DNA of 64,000 bases from Gemmatimonadota bacterium (GTDB lineage Bacteria; Gemmatimonadota; Gemmatimonadetes; Longimicrobiales; RSA9). Both the position numbers and the translations under genes were made by a program. Positions 28,601 to 37,112 of the stretch are shown in pieces. A model generated the notes under the pieces. It made no database searches, was not told the origin of the DNA, and saw nothing but the letters and a program-made list of their open reading frames with translations. The DNA lies in assembly GCA_007126035.1 (NCBI GenBank), contig SLCC01000022.1, positions 19,777 through 83,776 of the forward strand. The letters are read 5' to 3'. The stretch's first letter is position 1; every line of letters begins with the position of its first letter.

Positions 28601-29182
28601 TCAGCGCTGGATTTCGAGAAGGGCGTCGAGCTGAGCCTGAACCGTCGATGGCGCGGTGCGGCTGAGCTCGGCGGAGCAGGGCGGCTCGAGTCTTCGTCCG
28701 GAGCAGATCATGGCCAGCGACCGGGTGCTGTCCCGGTCGAGCCAGAGCGTGTGGTAGCCTCGCGGTTCCCGCGGCGGGTAGGGCCTTTCCCTCCAGGCCG
28801 GTGCTCCGAACCGCCTGACGAACCTGTTCACGGCACGCTCCGGCCTTCGCCCCGCAGGCTCCAACTGCAGGCTGACAGAGACTGCGGCACCGTCGTGTAC
28901 GACTACCCGCACTTGACCGTCGGCGGTGATGCCTTCACAGAGGGTGACGGCAGGCGCCACCCCGCGTAGCCGACAGTTGAAGTTGCCCTGCGCCGCCGTT
29001 TCCGCCAGGACCGCTTCCTGTGACATGCCCAGGGTGAAGCCGGCGAGGCTGGTCGGCGGCGAGCCACCGCAGCCGGTGAGACACAGGCTCAGCACGAAAG
29101 CGAGGCACGACGGCCCGACCCTCCAGGCGCCTCTTCTCACCCCGGGCGGTATCACCCCGCCCATCGTTCTCAGAGTCTGCAT
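28601..29182 (-). CDS. Hypothetical lipoprotein
   Basis: Starting at ATG 29182 gives MQTLRTMGGVIPPGVRRGAWRVGPSCLAFVLSLCLTGCGG, which has a signal peptide and lipobox (LTGC). It is about 193 aa. No family was recognised. The 308-aa track ORF extends it over the neighbouring gene in another frame. Confidence 0.5.
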   Translation of the reverse strand: MQTLRTMGGVIPPGVRRGAWRVGPSCLAFVLSLCLTGCGGSPPTSLAGFTLGMSQEAVLAETAAQGNFNCRLRGVAPAVTLCEGITADGQVRVVVHDGAAVSVSLQLEPAGRRPERAVNRFVRRFGAPAWRERPYPPREPRGYHTLWLDRDSTRSLAMICSGRRLEPPCSAELSRTAPSTVQAQLDALLEIQR

Positions 29183-29187
29183 GGTCC

Positions 29188-29544
29188 TCAGAAGGCGCTC
29201 AGGATCAACCACTCTCCGAGGGTGCCCAGGGCAGACATCATGAGGGCGCCACCCAGTGCCCAGCCGAAGCTGTCGATGGTGAGTCGGTCGGTCAGGGCGT
29301 CTGTGAGCTTGAGGATGAGGGCGTTGATCAACCAGCGAGTGAGGAACGCCAGCAACCAAGCCAGCCCGAGGGTGACGATCCCGAGGAGGACGAAGAACAA
29401 CTGCCCCAGGAGGAAGTTGAGGATGCCGAACAGGGCGGCTACGACGATGGCGCTGCCGAAGCTCTTGACGTGGAAGCCGGGCAGTACGATGGCGGTGATC
29501 CATACTGCCAGGGACAGGATCAGCCATGAGAGGACGAGGCTCAT
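29188..29544 (-). CDS. DUF360 / phage-holin-4_2-family small membrane protein
   Basis: It is 118 aa with four hydrophobic helices. The sequence LSWLILSLAVWITAIVLPGFHVKSFGSAIVVAALFGILNFLLG is typical of the YvlD/DUF360 family. A GGAGGA Shine-Dalgarno sequence lies 5 nt upstream. Confidence 0.75.
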   Translation of the reverse strand: MSLVLSWLILSLAVWITAIVLPGFHVKSFGSAIVVAALFGILNFLLGQLFFVLLGIVTLGLAWLLAFLTRWLINALILKLTDALTDRLTIDSFGWALGGALMMSALGTLGEWLILSAF

Positions 29545-29608
29545 GCTATTCCTCCACTAATCAGGTTCAAAGGTACGTGGCACGTTGTGACGGCCCCCAA
29601 GTGTGTGG

Positions 29609-31918
29609 TCATGACGGGACAGCGGGCAGCACTACCGGCTCGACCGGATTCGAGGCTGGCTCCGAATCCACGGGTTTGATGGTGTCTGCGGCCTGGACGG
29701 TAGCCAGGGCGGCCAGGTTGACCACTGCCTCGGCGGTTCCGAACTGGATCATGTGGATGGGTCGGCGCGTGCCCACCAGGAGCGGACCCACCGTGACCGC
29801 ATCGCCCAGCAGTTCCAGGAGATGGACAGCCAGATGTCCTGACTGCAGGTCAGGGAAGATGAGAACGTTGGCATCCTGGCGCAGTTTGGAGAACGGGAAG
29901 AACTGTTCCCGGAACTCCCGTCCGAGAGCGGTGAGTAGCTGAATCTCACCGTCGATGGCCAGCTCCGGGTCCCTTTCCGTGGCCAGCTCGGTTGCCTTGC
30001 GGACCTTTCGGGCCAGGGGATGGTCCACGCTGCCATAGTTGGAGAAGGACAGCATGGCAACACGCGGCTCGATGCCCAGGGAGCGGACGAGGCTGGAGGA
30101 CATGACTGCCATGTCGGCCAGGGTCTGCGCATCCGGTTCAATGTTGACGGAGCAATCTGCCAGGAAGTAGGCGTCGTTGGGTCTCAGCACCATGTAGAGG
30201 CCGAAGATGCGGCGAACGTCGGGAGCGGGTCCTATGACTTCGAGGACTCTGCGGATCGATTCCGAGTAGGGTCCACTCATGCCTGCGATCACCAGGTCGG
30301 CGTCGCCCGTCTCCAGCATCATGCTCCCGAAGTAGACGGGATCGCGGAGCCGGGCGCGGGCCATGTCGCGGATCAGGCCCTCCCGGCCCCGTTTCCGGAA
30401 GAGCTGGTCCGCGAACTGTTCCAGACGCGGGTCATGGAGCGGGTCGATGACGGAGGTGCCCCTCAGTTCCAGGCCGTATCCAGCAGCGGCGCTCCGCACT
30501 TCGTCCTCATTGCCCAGGAGGATGGGTGATCCGATGCCCTCGTCCACCATGAGGGTGGCGGCGCCCAGAATGGCCCGGCTGGTGCCGTCGGGCAGGACGA
30601 TGCGTGGTTGTATCCGGCGGGCCTCCAGGATGACCTGGCGAAGCAGCTCGCGACCTGTCCCGACCCGGATCATGAGTCTGTCCTCGTAATGATCCTGCTC
30701 CACGGCCTGGGAAGCGACGTCCTCCCGGATGGCCTGTTCGGCAACGGCGGCGGACTCCCAGACCAGGATTCGCGGGTCCACGGGCTTCGGTAGCAGGTAC
30801 TCGGGCCCGAACTGGAAGACCTTGTCGCCGTATGCCCGGCTCACCTCTTCCGGCACTTCCTCCCGCGCCAGGTCGGCCAGGGCTCGGGCCGCGGCCAGCA
30901 TCATCCCTTCAGTGATCTGGGAGGCTCGCACGTCCAGGGCGCCCCTGAAGATGTATGGCGAGCTCAGATGGTCCACGATGGCGTTGGGGTCGGCGGACCG
31001 TGTGGTGAAGGCGATCACGTCGTGGCGGACCGTCCGGGCATGGTCGTACAGGATCTCGGGCTCCGGGGAGGCCAGGGCGATGACCACGGGGCGCGCGGCC
31101 ATGGAACGGAGCATCTCGGTTGTGAGCACACCGGGCGCCGAGGCGCCGAGAAAGATATCTGCTCCGCGCACGCCCTGATCGAGGGAGCGGAGATCACTCT
31201 CTCGGGCAAAGCGCATGTGGTGCGGCGTCAGATCGCTCCGCCCGGAATGGACGAGGCCGTAGCGGTCGTAGACCAGGATCTGCTCCGGGTCGATGCCCAG
31301 GGCGGTGAGGAGCCGCAGGCAGCCGAGTCCCACGGTCCCGGCTCCGGAGACCACTACCCGTACGTCCTTGGCCCGCTTGTCCACCAGGTCCAGAGCGTTG
31401 ATCACAGCGGCGACCACCGCCACGGCCAGGCCATACAGGTTCTCGTGGGAGACCGGCACCGGCAGGGCGGCCCTGAGGCGGTCGTATATGTCCAGGCCGT
31501 GTGGCAGGCTGATGTCCTGAAGGTTCACGCCGCCGAAGGAAGGAGCTATCGTGCGGACAGTGTCCACGAAACGATCCGGGTCGTGGGTGTCCAGCTCCAG
31601 GTCGAAGACGTCGAGATCCGCCAGGTGCTTGAAGAGGACGGCGATACCTTCCTGAAGAGGCTTGGCCGCCAGCGGCCCTACGTCGCCCAGTCCCGGCACT
31701 GCCGACCCATTGGTCACCAGGGCGATCAGGTTGCCGCGGGCGGTGTAGGTGTACGAGCTGGCAGGATCGGCCGCGATACGGCGAGCCGGGGCCAACGCGC
31801 CCGGCAGATATGCCAGCCGCATCTCCCGCGGGCTGAGGCAGGGCTTGCTCCCCTTCAACTCGATCTTGCCCGGCCGCCCGTTTTCGTGGTACTCGAGTGC
31901 CGACTTCTCGTCGATCAT
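29609..31918 (-). CDS. maeB: NADP-dependent malic enzyme MaeB (malic enzyme + phosphotransacetylase-like domain)
   Basis: The N-terminus MIDEKSALEYHENGRPGKIEL..., then NGSAVPGLGDVGPLAAKP and VVSGAGTVG, are followed by a C-terminal PTA-like domain (~330 aa). It is 769 aa from ATG 31918. The 958-aa track ORF is an upstream extension across the preceding gene. Confidence 0.85.
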   Translation of the reverse strand: MIDEKSALEYHENGRPGKIELKGSKPCLSPREMRLAYLPGALAPARRIAADPASSYTYTARGNLIALVTNGSAVPGLGDVGPLAAKPLQEGIAVLFKHLADLDVFDLELDTHDPDRFVDTVRTIAPSFGGVNLQDISLPHGLDIYDRLRAALPVPVSHENLYGLAVAVVAAVINALDLVDKRAKDVRVVVSGAGTVGLGCLRLLTALGIDPEQILVYDRYGLVHSGRSDLTPHHMRFARESDLRSLDQGVRGADIFLGASAPGVLTTEMLRSMAARPVVIALASPEPEILYDHARTVRHDVIAFTTRSADPNAIVDHLSSPYIFRGALDVRASQITEGMMLAAARALADLAREEVPEEVSRAYGDKVFQFGPEYLLPKPVDPRILVWESAAVAEQAIREDVASQAVEQDHYEDRLMIRVGTGRELLRQVILEARRIQPRIVLPDGTSRAILGAATLMVDEGIGSPILLGNEDEVRSAAAGYGLELRGTSVIDPLHDPRLEQFADQLFRKRGREGLIRDMARARLRDPVYFGSMMLETGDADLVIAGMSGPYSESIRRVLEVIGPAPDVRRIFGLYMVLRPNDAYFLADCSVNIEPDAQTLADMAVMSSSLVRSLGIEPRVAMLSFSNYGSVDHPLARKVRKATELATERDPELAIDGEIQLLTALGREFREQFFPFSKLRQDANVLIFPDLQSGHLAVHLLELLGDAVTVGPLLVGTRRPIHMIQFGTAEAVVNLAALATVQAADTIKPVDSEPASNPVEPVVLPAVPS

Positions 31919-34900
31919 CCTCTGCTCTCTTTCAGGGGATAACGCTGCAATGTCTCGTCGAGTGCTGTCCGGAACAGCGGGAGCGGGCGGGCCTGGAGAA
32001 TGTAGAGGTTCGATCCCTCCAGTGCGAACTCCAGGTCGAGCGGCTCGAAGAACGCTGCCTCCAGGTCCAGGGCCGTCTCGACCAGGGTCTCGAGCTCGGT
32101 GTACTCCAGAGCAGGTCGGAGGCGCTGATGGAATACGGTCTCGATGCGGCGGGTCCCGGAGCCGCGGGTGGCGTCGAAGACGCAGCGCTCCCGCTTGTCG
32201 CCTACCCGGTACCTGAGCTGGAGCGGACCGCCCCGCCGGTCGGTGCGGGCGATGTGGATCTCGTCGGCATCCACGGTGCCGGACACGATGCCCTGGCCCA
32301 GGCCCAGACCCACGTTCACGACCAGCTCCCGCATCTCGCCAGCCACCGCATCCACCGTCAGGACCACACCCGCCACCCGTGAGTCCACCATGCGCTGGAC
32401 CATGATCCCGCCGCCGCCGGGTGTTCCGGCAGTATTGCTCTGTCCCCGCTGGTGCAGGGCCCGTGGGCTCCACAGGGCCGCCCATGCCAAGCGGACGTGG
32501 CGGAGCACACTGTCGTCGCCGGTCACGTGTAGGAAGGTATCGAACTGCCCGGCCCAGGTGGCAGTGGGCCCGTCCTCCTCCAACGCGGAAGACCGGATGG
32601 CGACTGACGACGGCGCGCTGTCTTCCGCCGTCAGCCCATGGTAGCTGTCCAGGATCTCCGCCTCCATGCTCTCCGGGAACCTAGCATCGAGCCACAGCTT
32701 CCGGATGCAGCCGAACTTGCCCGAGCAGTCCAGCTCGGACCGGGCCAGCACCTGGTCGATGGCATCCTGGAGCGGAATCGTTTCGCCCGTCTGGACCCGG
32801 ACATGACTTCCCAGGGCCAGGTGGAACGCCCGATCGGTGATGACGAACCACGGCGGGACCATGCCGCTCGGCAGCACGCGGGCGACCTCGCCCAGGCTGG
32901 CGGCCTTGCGGCCGATGATCGACTCCATACCCAGCCCGCTCTCATCCCAGCCCACGATGAGACGGGAGTCGGCGGCAACCCGCCTGGCGCCCTCGATGGC
33001 CAGTGCGGCGGCGCGGGCCCGCTCCAGGACCTCCTGGTCACGTGGATCCCCTTCAGTGGGCGCGGCCTGGTCCATCCAACCGATGGCCCGGAGGGCGAAC
33101 AGGATTCGCGGGTCGCCGGGCTGCTGTCGTGCGAGGGCGTCCAGCTCATGGAGCAGGGCTGAGCGGAACTCCGCGAGCCGGTCGATGGAGAGGCGGTCCA
33201 GTTCGGGCAGGCTCCTGTCCGGCGAGGCGGTAGCGGCGCCGACCCGGCCGTCCGGGAGGCCCTGCTCCATGACCGACACTGAGCGGAGGCTCTCCCTCAG
33301 GCGGACGGCGGTCAGGCGTATGAAGAGCACGGGCAGGGGCTGGGTGAGCAGGGGCGTCACGGCCCTGGCGATCTGGACGGCAGCCCGCAACTGGTGCAGG
33401 AGGGCGACGACGGCTTGGTCCCGAGCGGTCTGCGCCGCCGGCCCAAGGCGCGGGCTGCGGCAGAGAACGTCCAGGAGCGCCCGTCGTTCGCTGGTGGCGG
33501 CAGCGGCGCCAGGCGCTGCCTGTCCGGAAAAGAGCTCCCGTACCGCGTACCGGGCCAGGGCAGGCCTGTCCATGCGCCGGAGAGCCCGGTTCAGTTGATG
33601 CGATACCCGCAGCAGGGCGCCGCGTGCTTCCAGCAGGGCTCGATCGTCCCTTGCGGCGCCCACTGCCCGTTCTGCGCTTCCCAGGTCGCGGAAGCCCTGG
33701 TGCAGGACCAGTGCTTCCCGGTCCGAGCCCAGCACGCTCAATGTCTCCGCATCCGAGTCCACGACCACCAGCTCGCCTTCCCGGACGTCAACCTCGCAGT
33801 CCCGGACCCTGGTCCAGCAGCGGACCTCCAGCGAGCGGACCCGACCGCTGCGCTCACGCAACTCGGTACGCCGGAGGGTGAGCACGTGCTCGTTGGGGCG
33901 GAGCTGTCGCCAACTCCCCTGGACGATGACGGATGGCTTCCCCAGCTCAAGGGCCAGGAGCCCGACGTGACTGAGGGTGCCGCCGCCAGTGGAGACGGCC
34001 GCTACCGAGCGGGCCAGGCATGGTGAGTCGGATGGCTGGATGGTCGGCGCGATGAATACGGCGCCTTCGAATTCAGCGGGGTCACGCCCCGGCTGGGCGA
34101 TCCGAACGATGCCCGACGCCCGGCCCGGGGCGGCAGGCAGGGCTCGGACGGAGCGTTCACCCGGGTACGGCGCCGATGGCGGCCATGGGTTCTTCGTGGC
34201 GAAGAGGTCGCGCACCTCGGCAACCCGATCCGGCTTCAGCTCCACCGGCTGGTCCTCGTCGGGACACCGGTAGTTGTCCCTGACCAGGAGCCGCATCAGC
34301 TCCGCGATGCGGATCTCCGCCGGCCGCTTCCAGGCGGTCGAATCCCGGTCCCTCACCCGGTAGGGGACGTCGCCCCTGGTGGCGAAGGCGAGGCGGGCCT
34401 TGCCGCGATCGTCGCGAAGGACGAAGAGGGTAGCGTCCCCATCGCGCAAGGCCAGAGTGGCACGCTCCACCGGATAGCCCTGGATGCTCCCCGCGGGAAG
34501 GAACCGCAACCAGCGCTCGAGCGGGCCTATCACTGAAGCCGTACGTATGGCCTCCCTGAGCCGCGCAGGTGGGCCGGCAAGGATGCGGGCCAGGCGGACA
34601 GCTTCATGCTCGCGCCGGTAGCTGTGGCGGGGGGCGGGCATGAGCTGGCCGTTCCGCGCCACCACCTCGCCCCGCACCACGGCGGAGCGGAGAGGGTCGA
34701 GTACCGCCCGCTCCAGGTCGAGCTGGCCGGCCCCACCGGTCCGCACCGTGGGTGCGGGCAATGGGAGGCGGATGCCGGCCCGACCGAGCTCCCTGCGGAC
34801 CCGACCGATCAGGCCACTGCCCGTGGTGCCAGGTAGCGGCTCGTCCTGGGGCGGGATGAGCCCGTGGCGCTCCAGGAAGTCCGCCCATCGGTCTGCCAGC

Positions 34901-36876
34901 TCGGCCCGCTCGTGCGCCGGCAGGTCCGCCGCCGCCAGCCTCCAGTCGAGTTCCATGAGGTGGGGAACGAGGCGCATCAACATGCTCGCCTTCTCCACGA
35001 TGTCGGATAGCTCGATGGCCCGCTCCTTGTCATAGCGGGCTCGAAGGCGAGTGCCGTCCAGGTCCACATGGAAGCCCAGGCGACGCAGGATGTGCTGGAT
35101 CCCGGACACGCCCAGGTCCGGATGCTCGGCCATCTCGTACTGGCTGACGGCGTAATACTCCAGGTCTATCATGCCCCCCCTGCGCGGCGGAGACAGATCG
35201 AGCCGGATGAAGGCGGGGTGGTTACGGAACGAAACGTAGAACTGGACCTCGGTGTCGTATACCAGGATCCGCACCGTGGGCAGGCTCGTGTATCCATGGA
35301 TGAGATGGTGCTTGAACGACTCCACCACGAGCCGCACCGCCAGCGGTAGGCTGGAACCTTCCTGCTCCTCGAAATCCAGGTACCGGACGCGTTGGACGAC
35401 GGCAGGATCGTGGCCGTCCCGGAGCAGTAGCAGGTCCACCGTCTGGTTGGCCGCGCCGCCGGAGCCGAAGAGCCGGAATGCATGCCTGAGACCACGCTGG
35501 TGCAGGTAGCGTTTCAGGCCGTGTAGGGTCCTCACCTCCTGTATCGACCCGGGGTCTTCGAACGCCTGGATCGAGTAGGCTACGTCCATTGGCAGGACGC
35601 TCCCGGGGTCGTCTGCCCGTTCCACCGCCCGGTCCACCTCCCGCCTCAGCTCAGCGAATCCGGCCGACACCTCGGCCGCCTCTGGATCGAAGCCGGAGAA
35701 CAGGCTCGTGTGGTCGGCGATGACACGTTCCAGCAGATCGAGGATACGGCCAGCGCGCTCCGCCGTAACCGGTGCCACCTCCAGGATCTCGCCCAGGAGG
35801 ACGGCGTGGTCCACGGAGAGGCGCCGGAACCTGGCTATCCGGTCACTGTCCAGCTCCGTTCCCACGGGTGTGGCTTCCTCGGTGCCCCGGGCCATCACCG
35901 CCCATCCCGTCCAGCGCCCGGCCGTCTCGAAATCTCGATCTATGACGCGCGCCTCGTCAGGCCTCAGGGCGAATGGGAAACTGCCCTCGATCCGCGTCAC
36001 CGTCACCGGCTCCGCCACCAGCTCATCGGCCACGCGGGGCCAGCCCAGGCGGGCGACGACGGCGGCGAGGCGGTCGCGGCCCAACACGGATTCAGACGCC
36101 TGCATGGTTTCCAGTGATTCCACCCGGCGAGCCAGACCCGGCGTGAGGGCGACGAGGTCTCCGTGAGTGGCACGGGTGTACGCCAGGTGGTGAGCCAGGG
36201 CACTGGCAGCCGTCGAGCCGAGGACCCGCCGGATTCGCTCTTCCGGCGCAGGCTCATCATCGGCGTCCAGCAATCGGGCCGCGAGAAGCCTGACAGGGAG
36301 CGGGATGGATGGCTCCAGGAACCGACCAATCGGGTCACCTGGGACCAGGGGCAGGCGCGGGTCGTCTACGCTGGAAAGGAGCTGGCCCAGGTCGTCCGGG
36401 ACCTGGGCGTCAGGGGCCGACGGCAGCGCGCAGGCCACTGCAAGGGCCAGGTCCAGATCGGACTCGATGTGACCATCGCGGGCCGCAGCGAGTGTCAGAC
36501 TTAATGCCTGGTCGCGGATCTCCTGCGACCGGGCGGACAGGAGCTCGACAAGCACGGGTGCCGATGAGTCGAGTGCGTGGGCCTGTTCCGCCAGGAGCCG
36601 GAAAAGAGCCGGTGCGGCACGGCTGCGGCTGTCCCGGAGGAGCGAGGCGAGGCGGACGAGGACTGGGACGGGCGATTCCGAGGGTGGCAGGGCCGCCTGG
36701 ATCTGGCCAAACGCCTCCTCCACGCGCTTGGGGTCTCCCAGGGCCACGCCCATATGAGACTCGATGGTCTCCAGATGGTCGGTAATATCGGGACTGGCGG
36801 CTGCGGTCGTCACGTCAGCAGCCACGGAACCAATCTCCCTGCCCTGGTTCTGTCCCATGCCAGTTCCCTCCGCCAC
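31915..36876 (-). CDS. Giant multidomain protein with a ~900-aa unassigned N-terminal region, a PEP-utilising-enzyme phosphohistidine swivel domain, a ~260-aa helical linker and a PPDK_N-type ATP-grasp domain
   Basis: This is a single uninterrupted 1,653-codon frame with GC3-rich codon use. The GTG at 36876 is the first possible start. ATG 36858 (M7) has a GGAGGG Shine-Dalgarno sequence 8 nt upstream and is the more likely start. Its stop TGA overlaps the maeB ATG (ATGA). Domain motifs are listed in the two sub-features below. Confidence 0.8.
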   Translation of the reverse strand: MAEGTGMGQNQGREIGSVAADVTTAAASPDITDHLETIESHMGVALGDPKRVEEAFGQIQAALPPSESPVPVLVRLASLLRDSRSRAAPALFRLLAEQAHALDSSAPVLVELLSARSQEIRDQALSLTLAAARDGHIESDLDLALAVACALPSAPDAQVPDDLGQLLSSVDDPRLPLVPGDPIGRFLEPSIPLPVRLLAARLLDADDEPAPEERIRRVLGSTAASALAHHLAYTRATHGDLVALTPGLARRVESLETMQASESVLGRDRLAAVVARLGWPRVADELVAEPVTVTRIEGSFPFALRPDEARVIDRDFETAGRWTGWAVMARGTEEATPVGTELDSDRIARFRRLSVDHAVLLGEILEVAPVTAERAGRILDLLERVIADHTSLFSGFDPEAAEVSAGFAELRREVDRAVERADDPGSVLPMDVAYSIQAFEDPGSIQEVRTLHGLKRYLHQRGLRHAFRLFGSGGAANQTVDLLLLRDGHDPAVVQRVRYLDFEEQEGSSLPLAVRLVVESFKHHLIHGYTSLPTVRILVYDTEVQFYVSFRNHPAFIRLDLSPPRRGGMIDLEYYAVSQYEMAEHPDLGVSGIQHILRRLGFHVDLDGTRLRARYDKERAIELSDIVEKASMLMRLVPHLMELDWRLAAADLPAHERAELADRWADFLERHGLIPPQDEPLPGTTGSGLIGRVRRELGRAGIRLPLPAPTVRTGGAGQLDLERAVLDPLRSAVVRGEVVARNGQLMPAPRHSYRREHEAVRLARILAGPPARLREAIRTASVIGPLERWLRFLPAGSIQGYPVERATLALRDGDATLFVLRDDRGKARLAFATRGDVPYRVRDRDSTAWKRPAEIRIAELMRLLVRDNYRCPDEDQPVELKPDRVAEVRDLFATKNPWPPSAPYPGERSVRALPAAPGRASGIVRIAQPGRDPAEFEGAVFIAPTIQPSDSPCLARSVAAVSTGGGTLSHVGLLALELGKPSVIVQGSWRQLRPNEHVLTLRRTELRERSGRVRSLEVRCWTRVRDCEVDVREGELVVVDSDAETLSVLGSDREALVLHQGFRDLGSAERAVGAARDDRALLEARGALLRVSHQLNRALRRMDRPALARYAVRELFSGQAAPGAAAATSERRALLDVLCRSPRLGPAAQTARDQAVVALLHQLRAAVQIARAVTPLLTQPLPVLFIRLTAVRLRESLRSVSVMEQGLPDGRVGAATASPDRSLPELDRLSIDRLAEFRSALLHELDALARQQPGDPRILFALRAIGWMDQAAPTEGDPRDQEVLERARAAALAIEGARRVAADSRLIVGWDESGLGMESIIGRKAASLGEVARVLPSGMVPPWFVITDRAFHLALGSHVRVQTGETIPLQDAIDQVLARSELDCSGKFGCIRKLWLDARFPESMEAEILDSYHGLTAEDSAPSSVAIRSSALEEDGPTATWAGQFDTFLHVTGDDSVLRHVRLAWAALWSPRALHQRGQSNTAGTPGGGGIMVQRMVDSRVAGVVLTVDAVAGEMRELVVNVGLGLGQGIVSGTVDADEIHIARTDRRGGPLQLRYRVGDKRERCVFDATRGSGTRRIETVFHQRLRPALEYTELETLVETALDLEAAFFEPLDLEFALEGSNLYILQARPLPLFRTALDETLQRYPLKESRG
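31972..32964 (-). other. Domain: PPDK_N-type ATP-grasp nucleotide-binding domain, aa ~1305-1635 of the giant ORF
   Basis: The matching motifs are IIGRKAASLGEV (compare GGKNASLGEM), VPPWFVITDRAF, VAIRSSALEEDGPTATWAGQFDTFLHV (compare VAVRSSATAEDLP.ASFAGQ.ETFLNV), WAALWSPRALHQR and IMVQRMVDSRVAGVVLTVDAV...NVGLGLGQGIVSGTVDADE. These follow the N-terminal domain of PEP synthase closely. Confidence 0.75.
33742..34164 (-). other. Domain: PEP-utilising enzyme mobile (swivel) phosphohistidine domain, aa ~905-1045 of the giant ORF
   Basis: The stretch ALPAAPGRASGIVRIAQ...FEGAVFIAPTIQPSDSPCLARSVAAVSTGGGTLSHVGLLALELGKPSVIV...VREGELVVVDSDAETLSVLG aligns by eye with the PpsA/PPDK/EI swivel domain (G.A.G......ILV...T.P......A.A.VT..GG.TSHAAI.AR..GIP). 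The predicted catalytic His is residue 970 (codon 33967..33969). Confidence 0.75.
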
Positions 36877-37112
36877 TCGAACGCCGCGAGGTGACGCTCG
36901 CCGGGCCGCTACTGAAGCCTATCGGCAAAGAGTGCTCGGGACAAGGAGTCGCCGCGGCCGGGCCCGACGGGGCACCAGATAGCCCGTTTTTCCGACGGCC
37001 ACCGGACCGGGAGTCTGGCACGGGCATCCCTGCCCGTACGCCATACGTATTGACCTGCCTTCCCCGCCATCTCTAGCTTCCCGGGACAGGCGTATCCCGC
37101 TAACCCTTTCCC

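Noticed and set aside
28601-29527. 308-aa minus-strand ORF taken as a single gene
   Set aside because: Its first 115 codons overlap the DUF360 gene in another frame and are Arg/Pro/His-rich. A lipoprotein signal peptide begins at the internal ATG 29182.
31919-32485. 189-codon upstream extension of maeB (track ORF 29609..32485, 958 aa)
   Set aside because: The extension overlaps the ATP-grasp domain of the giant ORF out of frame and is Gly/Arg/Pro-rich. The MaeB homology starts at MIDEKSALEYHENG (ATG 31918).
32144-36894. Numerous 60-250-aa ORFs on both strands inside the giant gene (for example 32837..33598, 33394..34026, 35708..36166 and 36309..36785)
   Set aside because: All are Arg/Ser/Pro/Gly-rich shadow frames. 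The single 1,653-codon frame carries two clearly recognisable enzyme domains and a consistent GC3 bias.
37012-37029. TGGCACGGGCATCCCTGC as a sigma-54 promoter in the divergent region between the giant gene and the fumarase
   Set aside because: The -12 TTGC/GC element is not at the required spacing. The GG-to-GC offset should be 12 nt, but TCCC occupies that position.
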